Shown here piece after piece: positions 50,664 through 60,329 of a stretch of 64,000 nt of DNA. Source of the stretch: Candidatus Poribacteria bacterium (GTDB lineage: Bacteria; Poribacteria; WGA-4E; WGA-3G); contig CBDANF010000003.1 of assembly GCA_965197475.1 (NCBI GenBank), forward strand, positions 2,560,001 to 2,624,000, given 5' to 3'. Position numbers and translations under genes: made by a program. The first letter of the stretch is position 1. Every line of letters starts with the position of its first letter. The notes under the pieces are model-generated. The model was not told the origin of the DNA, made no database searches, and worked only from the letters and a program-made list of their open reading frames with translations.

Positions 50664-50846
50664 TTATTTCTCGCGTTCCTCAATAATAGCGCGAGTAAAC
50701 TCGTTATCTTCAGCGCGAATGCCGTTTTTTGCCATACGCGCTTGTAGCTCTTCGGCAGGAATTGGTTTGCCAGAAATACCTATTTTCTCAAACACTTCTC
50801 GGATAATATCAGCATGCTGCTTTGTGTTTCGCCCATGAAATGCCAT
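50664..50846 (-). CDS. Small hypothetical protein (possible orphan antitoxin)
   Basis: GAGGAGG RBS, 60 aa; the function is a guess. Confidence 0.55.
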   Translation of the reverse strand: MAFHGRNTKQHADIIREVFEKIGISGKPIPAEELQARMAKNGIRAEDNEFTRAIIEEREK

Positions 50847-51021
50847 CACCTCCTCGCCTGTCTTATAATTCTTAGGTGTGTGTGACGACAGCATCTACGA
50901 GCAAAGAAAGTTGTTGATTTAACTCAACAATCCCTTTTTCAAGGCGATCTAAGCGTTCAACTACGCCTTCAAGCGTCGCTTTTTCCATCATAATTATCCT
51001 CCTCTATTCATTTGTAAAGAA

Positions 51022-52680
51022 TCACTTCTCCAGGACAATCCGCACTTCTGTCTCCACACTATCTTCACCAATATGGACATCAGCCGTAATCGGACCGAGA
51101 GACTCCAATGGAAACATATTTTGTGTGATATACTGTGTCATAACCGCGTCTATTTTTTGACCTGAAAGAGAAGCGAGCAACGGTGCAATTGGAAGTAATC
51201 GTTTTATTTCCGGCACCAATAGATGTGGCTGAATAAAGGTCTGCACACCATGATCAGAGAATGCTACGCCACTTAATGCGGGCGCGTCCTCTGAATTCGC
51301 ATCAAGCACAGATTTTAAACCACCAAGAGTCGTGCTAAAGAAAAAATGGTTATTGACAATTGCATATCCGCCAGTAAATGACAACAGAATATTGAGACGT
51401 AGCCGGACAGGTTGTACCGTTGTCCCTTTATAGTCTTGTTCATCAAGGAATTCAAGCGGTTTGCCAGCCACTAAAATTTTCGTATCATTTAGCCTTTCAA
51501 TATCTTCAGTAAATGCGGCTTGGTCTTGAATTGGCGCGTGCAAAACTAAAGAAGGAAATTTTGATACCTCACCCTCATTATGCGTGACTATTGCGAGGGT
51601 CATTTCTGTGTCTAAATGTTGGGAAAAACCATTCTTTTCTGTTTCAACCTCAATCGCCAAGTTTTCTTTTAACATTTTCCACGTTTTAGCCCAATCGTGA
51701 TGCGGATTGAATGTGACTAACGCTGTTTGTTCAGGAAGAAATGGAGGTTTCTGCTGTGCTCCTGACTTAGAAGGGACAAGTTTTTCCGGATTTCCAAAAC
51801 GATACCTTGAAATAATTACACCATCTTCATACCGATTGCCAAATGTCCAGAACACCTCTTTGCCGGACAGAGGGGAAATCTGTTCGATTAGCGGACGTAA
51901 ATTGTACCCCAGAGCTGTTAACACATCTGATAAATGAGGAACATCTAAATACCCTGTGTTTGTATCGTGGTCGTAACTGTCTTGTATATTCTTCTTTTTA
52001 GGATGTTGAACAAGGAAACCACTCTTTTTTCCAGCATAGATGTCAATCACCTCTGCTAATAGCAACGGATTGAGGCTTAAAACACCGATCTTCCCGATGA
52101 ATGTATAACTAAAATCAAGTGGATATCCAGTAATTGTGTTAATGATCAGACCGTTGTATTCAGTCTGAATCCGTTTGTATTGAGGATTAATTACATCGGT
52201 AGCGGTTATTGCTTCAATAGCAAGTTTTTCCGGTCCGCCCAATTCTGTGATGAGCAGAAACGAAAGTTCCTCTTCACGTTGATAAAGCGCGAGTATCGCT
52301 TCTGTTCCGAAGTGTCCGTTGACAGCTCCCATGTCAAGTTTACCACCCATTTCGTATTCCCACACCATCTTCTGATATACCAGTTGTCTCCACCAAAGTT
52401 GTTCTTTGATGTGGCTGAGGATCGGCATTTGCGCAGCCTGTTTCCCGAACTCACTTCGGTTAAATGTCTTGACAAGCCCCTCCAATTCCTTGAGCGTTAA
52501 ATAACAAATTGGAGATTCAGGGAGCAACGTGATAAGACTTTGATCAGGTTTCCAAAGGGCAGTCTGGTGATAGATAATGGATAGCAAAACGATTATGCCT
52601 ACCAATGCAATTAGGATGATGAAGATGAGTTTTTTTCTTGAAATTCGCATAACGGTTTGAAACCTGCTCTCATACTTCAA
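51022..52680 (-). CDS. Membrane-anchored hypothetical protein (DUF3352-like)
   Basis: 552-aa ORF, N-terminal TM followed by LLP. Confidence 0.7.
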   Translation of the reverse strand: MKYESRFQTVMRISRKKLIFIILIALVGIIVLLSIIYHQTALWKPDQSLITLLPESPICYLTLKELEGLVKTFNRSEFGKQAAQMPILSHIKEQLWWRQLVYQKMVWEYEMGGKLDMGAVNGHFGTEAILALYQREEELSFLLITELGGPEKLAIEAITATDVINPQYKRIQTEYNGLIINTITGYPLDFSYTFIGKIGVLSLNPLLLAEVIDIYAGKKSGFLVQHPKKKNIQDSYDHDTNTGYLDVPHLSDVLTALGYNLRPLIEQISPLSGKEVFWTFGNRYEDGVIISRYRFGNPEKLVPSKSGAQQKPPFLPEQTALVTFNPHHDWAKTWKMLKENLAIEVETEKNGFSQHLDTEMTLAIVTHNEGEVSKFPSLVLHAPIQDQAAFTEDIERLNDTKILVAGKPLEFLDEQDYKGTTVQPVRLRLNILLSFTGGYAIVNNHFFFSTTLGGLKSVLDANSEDAPALSGVAFSDHGVQTFIQPHLLVPEIKRLLPIAPLLASLSGQKIDAVMTQYITQNMFPLESLGPITADVHIGEDSVETEVRIVLEK

Positions 52681-52782
52681 ATATAGTATCTATTATTGAT
52701 TATAGCACATCTGATGCTCAGTAGACAATCCAAAAAAATCGTTGTGTTATAGGGTAAACTGTTATAAAATTGTGTAGGAATT

Positions 52783-54708
52783 ATGCAACAAGGTGAACAA
52801 ATTTCTACAAAAACGCTCAAAATACGTCCATTCTCTATCCTCCTTATCTGTGTGTTAGTACCACTGAATTGTTGGTGGGTCGCTGCCTCAATTATGCGCG
52901 GCGGTGGCAGTCCAACACAGGTATCTCTTTTTTACAATGCTGTTTTTACTATATTAATTTTATTAGGTATTGGACTCCTTTTACGTCGTTTGAATCGAGT
53001 CCTTGAACTAAACCGCGCAGAGCTGCTTGTTATCTACACATGCATATCTATAGGTGCGGGACTCGCAGGTGTTGATAGATTCCTTGTGTTAATGCCGCTC
53101 ATCAGTCATGCACACTGGTTTGCCACCCCAGAAAATGACTGGATAAACCTGTTTCATCTACACATTCCAGATTGGTTAGTTGTCAGCAACAAACGTGTAC
53201 TTGAAGGGTACTATTACGGGTTTTCCAGTATTTACGAATCTCACAACCTAATTGCTTGGATACCCAAGATTTTATGGTGGACACTCTTTATTGTTGCTGT
53301 CCATCTCGTTATGTTATGTTTGAGTTTGATATTTCGGAAGCAATGGGTTGAATCCGAACGACTCAGCTATCCCATCATCCAACTGCCGTCCGAAATGACA
53401 ACACCCAATGGTGGATTTTTCCGATCCCCTTGGATGTGGATAGGGTTAGCAATTGGTGTATCAATTGATATTATCAACGGATTAAACTATCTGTTTCCTG
53501 CTGTGCCAAGCCTTGGTGGTAAACTATTTGACTTACGCCAAATTTTTACGGAACGACCGTGGAACGGCATTGGATGGAGTCCTATCGGTGTTTTTCCATT
53601 CGGTGTAGGTCTTTCATTCTTCATACCGCTTGATCTTTCCTTCTCATGTTGGGCATTCTGGTTAATTTGGCGAGCGGAGCGGTTGTTAGGGACAATGGCG
53701 GGATGGCGAGGTCTGCCGCGCTTTCCTTATGAAGCAGAGCAATCGCATGGAGCGTATCTTGGGTTGTGTGTTCTTGCTATCTGGATGAATAGACGGTATT
53801 TAAAGCAGGTTACTCACAGCATTTTCACGAGGAAAAACAATCTTCATCCAAGAGAATCACCGAGTCAGGATGAACCTATTTCATACAGGTTCATTCTTAT
53901 AGCACTGATTGCTGGTTCCTCCTTTATCGTAGGATTTTGCCTCAAGATGGGGATGAGTCTTTGGATAATCATTGTCTATTTTGCAATATGGTTTGCAATA
54001 GCAATGGCAATTACTCGCCTTCGTGCAGAACTCGGTTCACCTGTGCATGATTTGCACTTTATCGGTCCAGACGAGATGTTACCAAGATTAGTCGGAATCC
54101 GTAGACTGGGTGCAGTGAACCTGACCAGTTTCGCCTATCTCTATTTTCTCAACCGTGCCCACCGTTCTCACGCAATGCCGCATCAACTTGAGGGGTTCAA
54201 ACTTGCAGAAGGCGCAAAAATTCCGATAAAAAAGTTCGCGATGCTTATGATGTTAGCATCTGCATTAGGTGCGATCGGTTCATTTTGGGTATTTCTTTCA
54301 ATGTATTACGCAGAAGGTGGTGTCGCGGGTTTTGGTAGAGAATCCTTTGGTCGACTGGAGTCTTGGTTAACATACGCTGCACCACCAGATGTTCCTGCAA
54401 TAGGTTTTGCAATATTCGGATTTGTAGCGACACTTGTTCTCGCCGCAATACGGATGCGGTTTATCTGGTGGAATCTACATCCTGTTGGATATGCCATATC
54501 TGGAAGCTGGGCAATCAATCCCATGATAGGATCAATTTTTGTTGGATGGCTACTGAAGTGGCTTGTACTCAAATATGGTGGTATTCGTCTACATCGAAAA
54601 GCGATACCGTTTTTTCTCGGAATTGTCCTGGGTGAATTCGTAATAGGTGCGTTCTGGAGTTTATTGGCAGTTGCATTGGATCAACCGATGTACCGTTTCC
54701 TGTTTTAG
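52783..54708 (+). CDS. Polytopic membrane protein, DUF6785/DUF6784 (OPT-like) family
   Basis: QWVESERLSYPI.QLP, R.RAELG.P, W..HPVGY, KYGG, PFFLG..LGEF. Confidence 0.8.
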   Translation: MQQGEQISTKTLKIRPFSILLICVLVPLNCWWVAASIMRGGGSPTQVSLFYNAVFTILILLGIGLLLRRLNRVLELNRAELLVIYTCISIGAGLAGVDRFLVLMPLISHAHWFATPENDWINLFHLHIPDWLVVSNKRVLEGYYYGFSSIYESHNLIAWIPKILWWTLFIVAVHLVMLCLSLIFRKQWVESERLSYPIIQLPSEMTTPNGGFFRSPWMWIGLAIGVSIDIINGLNYLFPAVPSLGGKLFDLRQIFTERPWNGIGWSPIGVFPFGVGLSFFIPLDLSFSCWAFWLIWRAERLLGTMAGWRGLPRFPYEAEQSHGAYLGLCVLAIWMNRRYLKQVTHSIFTRKNNLHPRESPSQDEPISYRFILIALIAGSSFIVGFCLKMGMSLWIIIVYFAIWFAIAMAITRLRAELGSPVHDLHFIGPDEMLPRLVGIRRLGAVNLTSFAYLYFLNRAHRSHAMPHQLEGFKLAEGAKIPIKKFAMLMMLASALGAIGSFWVFLSMYYAEGGVAGFGRESFGRLESWLTYAAPPDVPAIGFAIFGFVATLVLAAIRMRFIWWNLHPVGYAISGSWAINPMIGSIFVGWLLKWLVLKYGGIRLHRKAIPFFLGIVLGEFVIGAFWSLLAVALDQPMYRFLF

Positions 54709-54784
54709 ATTTCTCCGTTAAAAGCGTTGCGATTTTTTCTTTTTGTGATATAATATTGAAAACGTAAGGCATGGTGGCAGATAA

Positions 54785-55453
54785 TTGGAATTATATCAGA
54801 AAGCAGAAATCATTTCAGACACACTTGAAAATTTACTTGGTATTCCAAAATGGGATGGTACGGAAGATGTCTTGGAATGCCTCATCTTGACCATTTTGTC
54901 TCAAAATACCACTGATGTTAGCCGAGATAAGGGGTACGTCCAACTTCGAGAAAAATTTCCTACTTGGGAAGATGTATTGCATGCTGATGCCGACGCTGTT
55001 GAGGCGACAATAAAGATTGTGGGGTTAGGAAAACAGAAAACTGAGACGATAAAAAACTTTCTTTCTTGGCTTAAAACCGAATATGGAGAGTTATCGTTAG
55101 AGTTTATCCACGACATGAAAACAGAGGATGCATTAGAATTCCTTTGTCAGCATAAGGGTATCGGCATCAAAACTGCTTCTGTTACACTCTCTTTCGCATG
55201 TGGCAGAGAAGTTTTTCCTGTTGACACACATATTCTACGGATATCCAAACGTCTTGGACTTATCCCGCCGAATTGTAGCGCGGAGAAGGCACATTATGAG
55301 TTACCACCAATTGTACCGAAGGGAAAAACATACCCCTTTCACATGAACCTGATATATTTCGGTAGACAGATTTGTAATGCCAGAAAACCTTTGTGTGAAC
55401 AGTGTCCTTTAACGCAACACTGTCTTTACTTTAAAGAGAACTCGCAAGCTTAG
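54785..55453 (+). CDS. Endonuclease III (HhH-GPD, 4Fe-4S) family glycosylase
   Basis: ILSQNTTD, GIGIKTA, FPVDTH, C.ARKPLCEQCPL...C. Confidence 0.92.
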   Translation: MELYQKAEIISDTLENLLGIPKWDGTEDVLECLILTILSQNTTDVSRDKGYVQLREKFPTWEDVLHADADAVEATIKIVGLGKQKTETIKNFLSWLKTEYGELSLEFIHDMKTEDALEFLCQHKGIGIKTASVTLSFACGREVFPVDTHILRISKRLGLIPPNCSAEKAHYELPPIVPKGKTYPFHMNLIYFGRQICNARKPLCEQCPLTQHCLYFKENSQA

Positions 55454-55482
55454 ATTGTGCTTGCATTTATCGGAGACAGAGT

Positions 55483-57720
55483 ATGTTTAATTGGAGAAAT
55501 CTATCATGGAAACACCTATTTGTTGTGTTGTTGATATTACATCTCCTACCGATTTGGATTTTTGCCTACTTTCCCACTCAAGATGGTCCTAGCCACGTTT
55601 ACAACGCATTGGTACTGAAGGAATATTCTGATCACGCAAACTATAAAATGCAGGATGCGTGGAAACTCAATATCACCATCTTTCCGAACTGGCTATCTCA
55701 CATCGTGCTCGCTGCACTCCTCTACATTTTTCCACCTGTGATGTCTGAGAAGGTTCTCTTAACAATCGCAATCGGGATGATCCCTATCTCTTTTTTCTAT
55801 TTTCTTAACGCTGTTCACAAAGAAAAAAAGGATAGGTTTATGTTCGCTTGGCTCGGTTTTCCGTTTGCATACAACTACCTCCTCTACATGGGATTTTACA
55901 ATTTCACCCTCAGTATTGCGTTTTTCTTCTTCAGTTTCGGTTTCTGGTGGAAGCACAAGGACAACATACAGATAAAACATCTTAGCATACTTTATATCTT
56001 GTTGCTGCTCACCTATCTGTCGCACATTGTATCATTTGGATTAGTCGTGTTAGGAATCTCTGTGGCAGCGGGATGTATCTGGGGCTGCGAAGCATTAGTA
56101 GAAGCATGGCGAGCGCGAACTGAACGTGTTGGTATTATAACCAAGAAATTCATTGTTGATCTCAAGCCATTTTTCCAATTCTGTTTTTACATGATCCCGA
56201 TATATTTTGTGTTGATGGAATATTACCTACAGAGTCTGAAACAACATCAGACAGGCAGTCATAGAGGCATGGAATGGATTTGGGAATACTTTTTAGGTGT
56301 TAAGTCAATAGTCTATTTTACCGATTGGCATATTCCTGTTAACTATTTCCTGCTTGCCATTTTAGGCTTCGCAATTTTGATCTCTGTCGTATACAGAATT
56401 TTCCGAAAGCAATGGGTGAAACGAACCGATGTGTTTTTGCTGATTGCGATTCTGTTTACCTATATGTTTATCAAGGCTCCTTGGGGTTATGGACCGGGTG
56501 GGTGGATTAACGACCGAATTCACATATACATTCTACTTATATTGGCACCCTGGTTAATCACGGATTTTAGAAAGCCATCTGAGATGCCACCTGATACGAA
56601 TTTGCATCCCTATCGACCTAAGCTCGTTCCATGGTTGGTCCCGGATATACACAAGATCTTATGTTCCGGTATCACTACATGGCTCGTAATTTTCACCTTA
56701 ATCCATTTCGGCAGAACTGCCTACGACCATGGACGTATCTCCCCAGAGATGGCTGAACTTGTATCAGGGGCAAAATTAATAGAACCCCATACAACTTTTA
56801 ACCATCGGTCTGGAGGTTGGCATAAATCTGAATTCCAGTTTGGACACTACAATAAAACTGAGAAAAAAATGGAAATGCGGAATGAAATCAAATATGTTAC
56901 GCCATTTGTTCATTCCACTGCCTTTTATGGCGTATATGCTGATGATGTTGTCCACATGGCAAACTATGAAGCTAACTATGACTACTTTCCAGTAAATCGT
57001 AACAACAAAGATAGCGCGCCATTAGATTATATTCGCGCAGATTATGTTGTCGCTTGGTACTATCCAGAAACCGAGATGTTTGCGGACCTTATACCAAATT
57101 ATGACATTATCCATGAAACTGAACGTCTTAAACTATTCAAAAGAAAAACGCAAGAACCGGCACTTGAGCTTTGGGATAAGACAGAGGAGGGTAATCCGAT
57201 TATCCGATTTGATATGCAACCTGACAGTGCTGAAGCCGAAGAGAACTACCACATTGTCGGACCAAAAACAATGTATCAGGATGGTAAATTCGGGTGGGAT
57301 ACTGAGTGGAATCTGAGGGATCCGTTGAAGACCACAAACTGGAGAATCTCGCCGCGTGCAGCGTATCTCGGACCAGAGGGACCCACCCCACTCGCAAGAG
57401 ATGCTGTTTTTGGTAAAGAAGATGCTGCTTTCAGACTTGACCTACCTAATGGTACATATCGCATTACCAACATCTTTCAGTCCGCAGAAGCTGCAACACA
57501 CGAAGTCAATATGTTGGCAAATGGAAAACTTATCATAAAAAAACTTATAGTACCGCCTCACAACGAAAGGGCTGAAAAAGTTGCCACTGTTGAGGTGGAA
57601 AATGGTTATCTCGTCCCCGTAATTTTCACGTCAAAGAAGCGGATAGAGACCGGTAAAAGACACATCCATTGGATATGGAACGGATGTATTGTTGAACAGA
57701 TTACTTCAGATGATGAATAG
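55483..57720 (+). CDS. Membrane protein, GT-C glycosyltransferase-like, with C-terminal sugar-binding-like domain
   Basis: PTQDGPSH after the first TM, ~11 TM helices, C-terminal FDM..FGW..F..DLPNGTY beta-sandwich. Confidence 0.6.
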   Translation: MFNWRNLSWKHLFVVLLILHLLPIWIFAYFPTQDGPSHVYNALVLKEYSDHANYKMQDAWKLNITIFPNWLSHIVLAALLYIFPPVMSEKVLLTIAIGMIPISFFYFLNAVHKEKKDRFMFAWLGFPFAYNYLLYMGFYNFTLSIAFFFFSFGFWWKHKDNIQIKHLSILYILLLLTYLSHIVSFGLVVLGISVAAGCIWGCEALVEAWRARTERVGIITKKFIVDLKPFFQFCFYMIPIYFVLMEYYLQSLKQHQTGSHRGMEWIWEYFLGVKSIVYFTDWHIPVNYFLLAILGFAILISVVYRIFRKQWVKRTDVFLLIAILFTYMFIKAPWGYGPGGWINDRIHIYILLILAPWLITDFRKPSEMPPDTNLHPYRPKLVPWLVPDIHKILCSGITTWLVIFTLIHFGRTAYDHGRISPEMAELVSGAKLIEPHTTFNHRSGGWHKSEFQFGHYNKTEKKMEMRNEIKYVTPFVHSTAFYGVYADDVVHMANYEANYDYFPVNRNNKDSAPLDYIRADYVVAWYYPETEMFADLIPNYDIIHETERLKLFKRKTQEPALELWDKTEEGNPIIRFDMQPDSAEAEENYHIVGPKTMYQDGKFGWDTEWNLRDPLKTTNWRISPRAAYLGPEGPTPLARDAVFGKEDAAFRLDLPNGTYRITNIFQSAEAATHEVNMLANGKLIIKKLIVPPHNERAEKVATVEVENGYLVPVIFTSKKRIETGKRHIHWIWNGCIVEQITSDDE

Positions 57721-57839
57721 ACTTCTATTGAATATTTCACTGCAGATTTCTATAGATTTTATGTGAATCTTAAATCACTGATACACACTAACTACTGTGA
57801 TTCTTATAATTTCAGAATTGAATGTACAAGGAGAACTCA

Positions 57840-59045
57840 ATGATTAAACCACATGGAGCTGAAACCCTAACACCGCTTTACGTTTCGGATGATGCGCAAC
57901 GCGCCGAACTGACTAAGGAGGCGGCACAACTTCTGTCTGTTTTAGTCTCGTCTGGTGCCGCTGCATCAGCCGTGATGCTTGCATCGGGATATTTCACACC
58001 GCTGACAGGATACATGAACATCGCTGAAGCCACAAGCGTTGCTTCTGACATGAAACTACCCGATGGACTCTTTTGGCCCGTTCCCATCATGAACATTGTT
58101 CCTACGGATCAACTTGCGTGCTTACAAAGCGCGCCTACCGGTTTGGGCGAGGGAGACCGAATTGCACTGCGCGATCCGAACGTTGAAGGCAATCCTCCAC
58201 TAGCGGTTATGAAGGTTTCGGCAATTGAAACGTTTTCGCCAGAACAGAAACAACTCATCATTGAAAGGACCTTCGGAACAACCGATCCTGAGCATCCTGG
58301 TGTTCCTGCTTTCGCTGATGTTGGCGATCATGTCCTCTCCGGTTCAATTGAAGTTCTCAACTATTCTTATTTTCCTGCGGACTTCCCTGACACATTCCGA
58401 ACAGCCGTTGAAATCCGCGAAGACATTGTGGCGCGCGGATGGGAAAAGGTTGTTGCTTTTCAGACGCGTAACCCGATGCACCGTGCACATGAAGAGCTCT
58501 GTAAGATTGCACAGAGAGAAGTCAACGCTGATGGTGTGCTAATTCACATGCTTCTTGGCAAACTAAAGCCAGGTGATATTCCTGCTGCTGTGCGTGATGC
58601 CGCCATCCGTACTATGGTCCAACGCTATTTTCCTGAGAATACCGTCTCTATTACCGGCTACGGGTTTGATATGCTTTACGCGGGACCACGGGAGGCACTG
58701 CTACACGCTGTTTTCCGGCAGAACTGTGGCGCATCACACTTCATTGTCGGACGCGACCATGCAGGGGCAGGCAAATTCTACGGACCTTTTGACGCGCAAA
58801 CAATCTTTGATGAAATCCCCGCGGATGCCTTAGAAATTGATATTTTCCGAGGCAACTGGACGATGTGGTGTAATAAGTGCAATGAAATCATCATGATGGG
58901 AAATTGCCCACACGGAAACGATGATTATTTCGCTATTTCAGGAACAAAGCTACGGGAAATTCTTGCAGCAGGCGAGCAACCTCCACCCGAAATCACAAGA
59001 CCTGAAGTCGCTGATATTCTGATGGCGTATTATCAGAGCGAGTAA
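57840..59045 (+). CDS. sat: Sulfate adenylyltransferase
   Basis: AFQTRNPMHRAHE, M.YAGPREA..HA.FRQN.G, IVGRDHAG, ISGT. Confidence 0.97.
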   Translation: MIKPHGAETLTPLYVSDDAQRAELTKEAAQLLSVLVSSGAAASAVMLASGYFTPLTGYMNIAEATSVASDMKLPDGLFWPVPIMNIVPTDQLACLQSAPTGLGEGDRIALRDPNVEGNPPLAVMKVSAIETFSPEQKQLIIERTFGTTDPEHPGVPAFADVGDHVLSGSIEVLNYSYFPADFPDTFRTAVEIREDIVARGWEKVVAFQTRNPMHRAHEELCKIAQREVNADGVLIHMLLGKLKPGDIPAAVRDAAIRTMVQRYFPENTVSITGYGFDMLYAGPREALLHAVFRQNCGASHFIVGRDHAGAGKFYGPFDAQTIFDEIPADALEIDIFRGNWTMWCNKCNEIIMMGNCPHGNDDYFAISGTKLREILAAGEQPPPEITRPEVADILMAYYQSE

Positions 59046-59105
59046 ATTGAGATTTAAAAGCATAGATTTATCAATACTCTCGAAATAACAAAGGCAAGAG
59101 GCACA

Positions 59106-60329
59106 GTGGAAGCCATCCTATATTCCAAAAACATTCCCCGTTATCTCGCAATACGCTATCTTGGCAAAAGGTGGCGAAGTCTCTATACGTCCGCAGCCTC
59201 ATGCGTACGGCTTGTGGATATACCTGAGCCACAACTACCAACCTCTCAATGGGTCAAAATCAAAACACGACTCAGTGGTATCTGCGGCTCCGATTTGGCA
59301 ACGATTACTGCAAAGGGCAGTACCTATTTTTCACCTTTCACATCAACACCTTTTGTGTTAGGACATGAGATCGTCGGTGATATAGCGGAGATCGGTGATG
59401 CGGTTGAAGGTAGGTCTATTGGTGATAGAGTGGTAATTGAACCTGCGCTATCTTGTCGGGTGCGGGAGATTGATCCGCCGTGCCATCAGTGCCAAAACTT
59501 ATGTTTCGCCAACTGTGAAAATATAACAAAAGGAAGTATCTCCGCAGGGATTCAAACGGGGTATTGTCAGGATACAGGAGGTGGGTGGAGTCAATATGTC
59601 CTGGCACATCAATCACAACTCCACCTTGTTCCTGGTGATATATCTGACGAATTGGTGGTGCTACTTGAACCGTTCGCGTGTGCGTTACACGGCGTTTTGC
59701 GGGCTGAAATTGGGGAAAGCGATGAAATCTGTATAATCGGGGGTGGGACCATCGGGTTGCTCACCGTCGCTGCACTTCGGATGCTCGGACATCAAAACCG
59801 AATCCTTATTTTTGCCAAATATCCACATCAACAGGAATTTGCACGCGATTTCGGTGCAGATATGGTGATACCAGCAAATAGAAGTCAATACGCCGCTTTC
59901 TGTGAATTGACAGATGCGGAATCTTATCAACCCGAACTCGGACAACAAATTTTACTGGGAGGGGTAGATATTACCTTTGACTGTATCGGCTCCAGCGTTA
60001 CAATAGACGATGCGCTACGTTTCACGCGGGCAGGTGGCGAGGTCATCCTACTCGGTATGCCGGGGATACCGAAAAACATTGACTGGACATCTATCTGGTA
60101 TAAGCAGTTACGTGTAAGGGGTGCGTATACTTATGGCATAGAATCGTATAAAGCGGAACAGATACACACATTTCAGCTCGGATTGCGTCTATTACAGGAA
60201 CACGGAGAACAATTACTTCCATTGGTCGGCACTCCATTTCCTTTACGAGACTACAAACGCGCAATTCAGACTGCCCTTAACACCGGAAAAACTTCTACTG
60301 TCAAAACCGTTTTTGACTTGCGGACATGA
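59106..60329 (+). CDS. Zinc-binding alcohol/sugar-alcohol dehydrogenase
   Basis: GICGSD, LGHE..G, structural Zn cysteines, EPFAC..H, GGGTIG. Confidence 0.9.
   Translation: MEAILYSKNIPRYLAIRYLGKRWRSLYTSAASCVRLVDIPEPQLPTSQWVKIKTRLSGICGSDLATITAKGSTYFSPFTSTPFVLGHEIVGDIAEIGDAVEGRSIGDRVVIEPALSCRVREIDPPCHQCQNLCFANCENITKGSISAGIQTGYCQDTGGGWSQYVLAHQSQLHLVPGDISDELVVLLEPFACALHGVLRAEIGESDEICIIGGGTIGLLTVAALRMLGHQNRILIFAKYPHQQEFARDFGADMVIPANRSQYAAFCELTDAESYQPELGQQILLGGVDITFDCIGSSVTIDDALRFTRAGGEVILLGMPGIPKNIDWTSIWYKQLRVRGAYTYGIESYKAEQIHTFQLGLRLLQEHGEQLLPLVGTPFPLRDYKRAIQTALNTGKTSTVKTVFDLRT

Noticed and set aside
57840-59045. sat as evidence of dissimilatory sulfur metabolism
   Set aside because: No aprAB, qmo or dsr genes in the window; the direction of use cannot be inferred.
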